From positions 121,334,001-121,398,000 of the forward strand of contig OZ024742.1 of the NCBI GenBank assembly GCA_964016885.1: a stretch of DNA of 64,000 nucleotides, written 5' to 3'. Below the pieces are notes generated by a model. It worked only from the letters and a program-made list of their open reading frames with translations, was not told where the DNA came from and searched no databases. A program made the position numbers and the translations under genes. This document shows, one piece after another, positions 61,600 through 64,000 of this stretch. The stretch is from Eledone cirrhosa. Taxonomy: Eukaryota. How positions within the stretch are numbered: the stretch's first letter is position 1; every line of letters begins with the position of its first letter.

Positions 61600-63377
61600 T
61601 TAGTGTATAGATAAAATGGACATCTGAATAAATAGGATTAGGGGGCTATAAAACAAAGCGAGGAATGAGAAATTGATACTTTGGAACTGTCATTACCCGG
61701 TCTCTGTGACCAAGATACCTAAAACTGAGTTGACGAAGTAAGTACAGCAAGGTGACAATTCTCTGCTGTAAGCAGTGGCAGCACTGTAAACATGATGAGT
61801 GCTTTGTTTATTTGCAGTGTCGGGTTCAAGTCTATCTTCTGTTAAATATACCCACAGTAGACTGGCGTCCTGTGCAGGCGAAGGCTGTTTCTCCAGCACG
61901 TAACGTAGAAAAATGGTCTGAACCTCGGCTAAAAATATTTGGCAACGGTAAGGAAAGGAGGGTATATAGTCAACTAAACTCAATCATTACGTATTTCTAC
62001 CCGGCCCTCTGCTGGTCGAAGCCTTAACAATTATATACTCGTTACCTGGATCTACCTGGATCCTCCGACACTAACAAACCCGCCAATCCATTGGTTGACT
62101 TTGCCTTTCATCCTTACGGGGTCGATAAAATAAAGTACCAGTAATGCACTGGGTAATTGCTGGCCTTGTGCCTAAAGTAGAAACAATTTTTGTTTATCAA
62201 CGCTGAAAAGAGGAAAAGAAAACTGAACCCAGCGAGGTTTGTACCCAGAGTGTATTAAGCTATTACGAATACTGCAATACGTTCTACCCGATATGACAAC
62301 GTTTCTGCCTATTCGCTGTCTTTATTACTGGAAGGTATTAATAATTTCTTCTTTACGGACACAGCCAGTAATTTGTGGGAGGGGGAAAATCAATTAAATC
62401 GACTCCATTACTTACCTTGTACTTTATTTTATCAACCCCTAAAGGATAGAGTTGACCTTGGTAATGTTTGAACTCAGAACGTAAAGAACCGGAACAAGAC
62501 TCCGACGCTCTACCGATTTTGCCTTTACTAGTATGTATTAACACTACTTATTTTATTCCCGGTAAAATCCGTCCCGTCGAGATTTGAACCACAAAAACAA
62601 AGATGGTGCAACTAAATCTGCAAGAGTTTGTTCAAGGTTTAACCGTTCTTCACTTCCACTCCACACTGCCCTTATTAATCACAAAATATTAATCAGAATT
62701 AAAAAAAATACACTTTAATACATTAATGGCATCCTAGCCGGATCAATGTATTTTCATTGAGGATATATTGGGGAATTATTTGTGAAGATCAACGTCAAGA
62801 GTTGAATTTCAATTGTTCAGATTGGTTTTATTGCAGTAGCAATGCTAAAGAAATTCGGTTAACTTAATAATGTGAACTTTAAGCTTCCCTCTTAAGTCTC
62901 TTAACGTTCTTAGAATCTAGCGAGATACATTTGTCAATTATAGTAATTGTTAGAGAGGCTAGAATTTACAGTGTTCAAATAACTATTGGTAAATGCAGAT
63001 TAAAATATAAATAAAACAAGTAATTCTTATAAGCTATCTGGTCATTGGAGAATAGCTTGGAAACTTAATTTTCAAATATAATCTATAGCAGAACCTAGAA
63101 TAAATTGTGACCGAGTCAACAGGGCATTGGTTAATGAAGTGAACAGTCTGCAGGTTATACTTTATCAACGACGTCGTGTGGTGTCAAAGGTCATAACATT
63201 TAGATCCCCAACGGCTTTGTCTCTGTGGCTATAACAGGAATGTAAGTTTTGATGAGTGCTTTGTTGGCTTATAATACTGGTTGGCTTATATTTAATTTTC
63301 CCGATAGGCGTGGGAAGAGGAACAGCTATACTGTTTAAAAGTGTAAACCATTCACGTTTACATAATACTATTACAGG

Positions 63378-63567
63378 GTGGTGGATTGGCAGTATTGGTA
63401 GAGCGTCAGACACCATGCTTTGCAGCATAGAGTTATGGGCCTTTATGTTCTGAATTCAAATCTCGCCGAGGTTAACTTTGCCTTTCGCCCTTACGGGGTC
63501 GATAAAATAAAGCACCAGTAATTCACTGGGGTAATTACTGGCCTTGTGGCAAAAGTAGAAACAATTA
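63378..63567 (+). mobile_element. tRNA-derived SINE, main family
   Basis: Family match; partial or older copies at 62093-62187, 62353-62523 and 63608-63735. Confidence 0.9.
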
Positions 63568-64000
63568 TTACCTATATGGACCAAGTAGCTCAGATATGTA
63601 TAGACGACGAATTGGCAGAGGTGTTAGAACGTCGAATAGAATGCTTTGCAGTATTCGTTTCAGGCTCTCTGCAATCTGAGTTCAAATACAGTCGAGGTCA
63701 ACTTTGTCGTTCATCCATTCGAGGTCGATAAAGTACTGGAGTCAATTCTTCCTCTATATTTCTTTTTCACTTTCTTTCTTTCACTCACTATCTTTCTCTG
63801 GAGGAAATCTGCTGTATTCAGATCTGGAGAGGAGATGGGCTTTGCTAGGTTTTAAAAAATGCTCTAGGAATGTTGTATTTCAATATGGCGCCCCACGACA
63901 CCCACAGAAATTACGGGACCATGAAGGCACGCATCTCAGATATGTACAAAACTCAGGATATGAACCTCAGACACTCCAGCTAACAGTTTGTCCCTTTACA

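Overview
AT-rich, microsatellite-saturated animal DNA. The SINE and repeat content suggests an octopod cephalopod, which is an inference. No intact host gene is evident, and most ORFs in the track are translated (TA)n/(CA)n/(GA)n runs. The window is a nest of transposon relics: tRNA-derived SINEs, mariner/hAT MITEs, non-autonomous Helitrons, and RTE, CR1/Jockey and R4-like LINE fragments. Penelope-like elements (PLEs; GIY-YIG endonuclease) and their non-coding derivatives dominate, almost all sitting in or next to (TA)n tracts and often as fold-back palindromes. Reading both strands by eye gives about 25 type I hammerhead ribozyme (HHR) motifs from about 10 sequence families. Several carry a non-canonical but compensatory U3-A8 core (UUGANAA). 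The most notable object is an ORF-less unit of about 610 nt that occurs as partial tandem arrays at 36.35-37.19 kb and 44.36-45.46 kb, with a relative at 8.1-8.7 kb. It holds one large covarying U3-type hammerhead per unit and looks like a retrozyme-like, possibly circular, RNA parasite of PLEs. All RNA folds were derived manually and ribozyme activity is untested.
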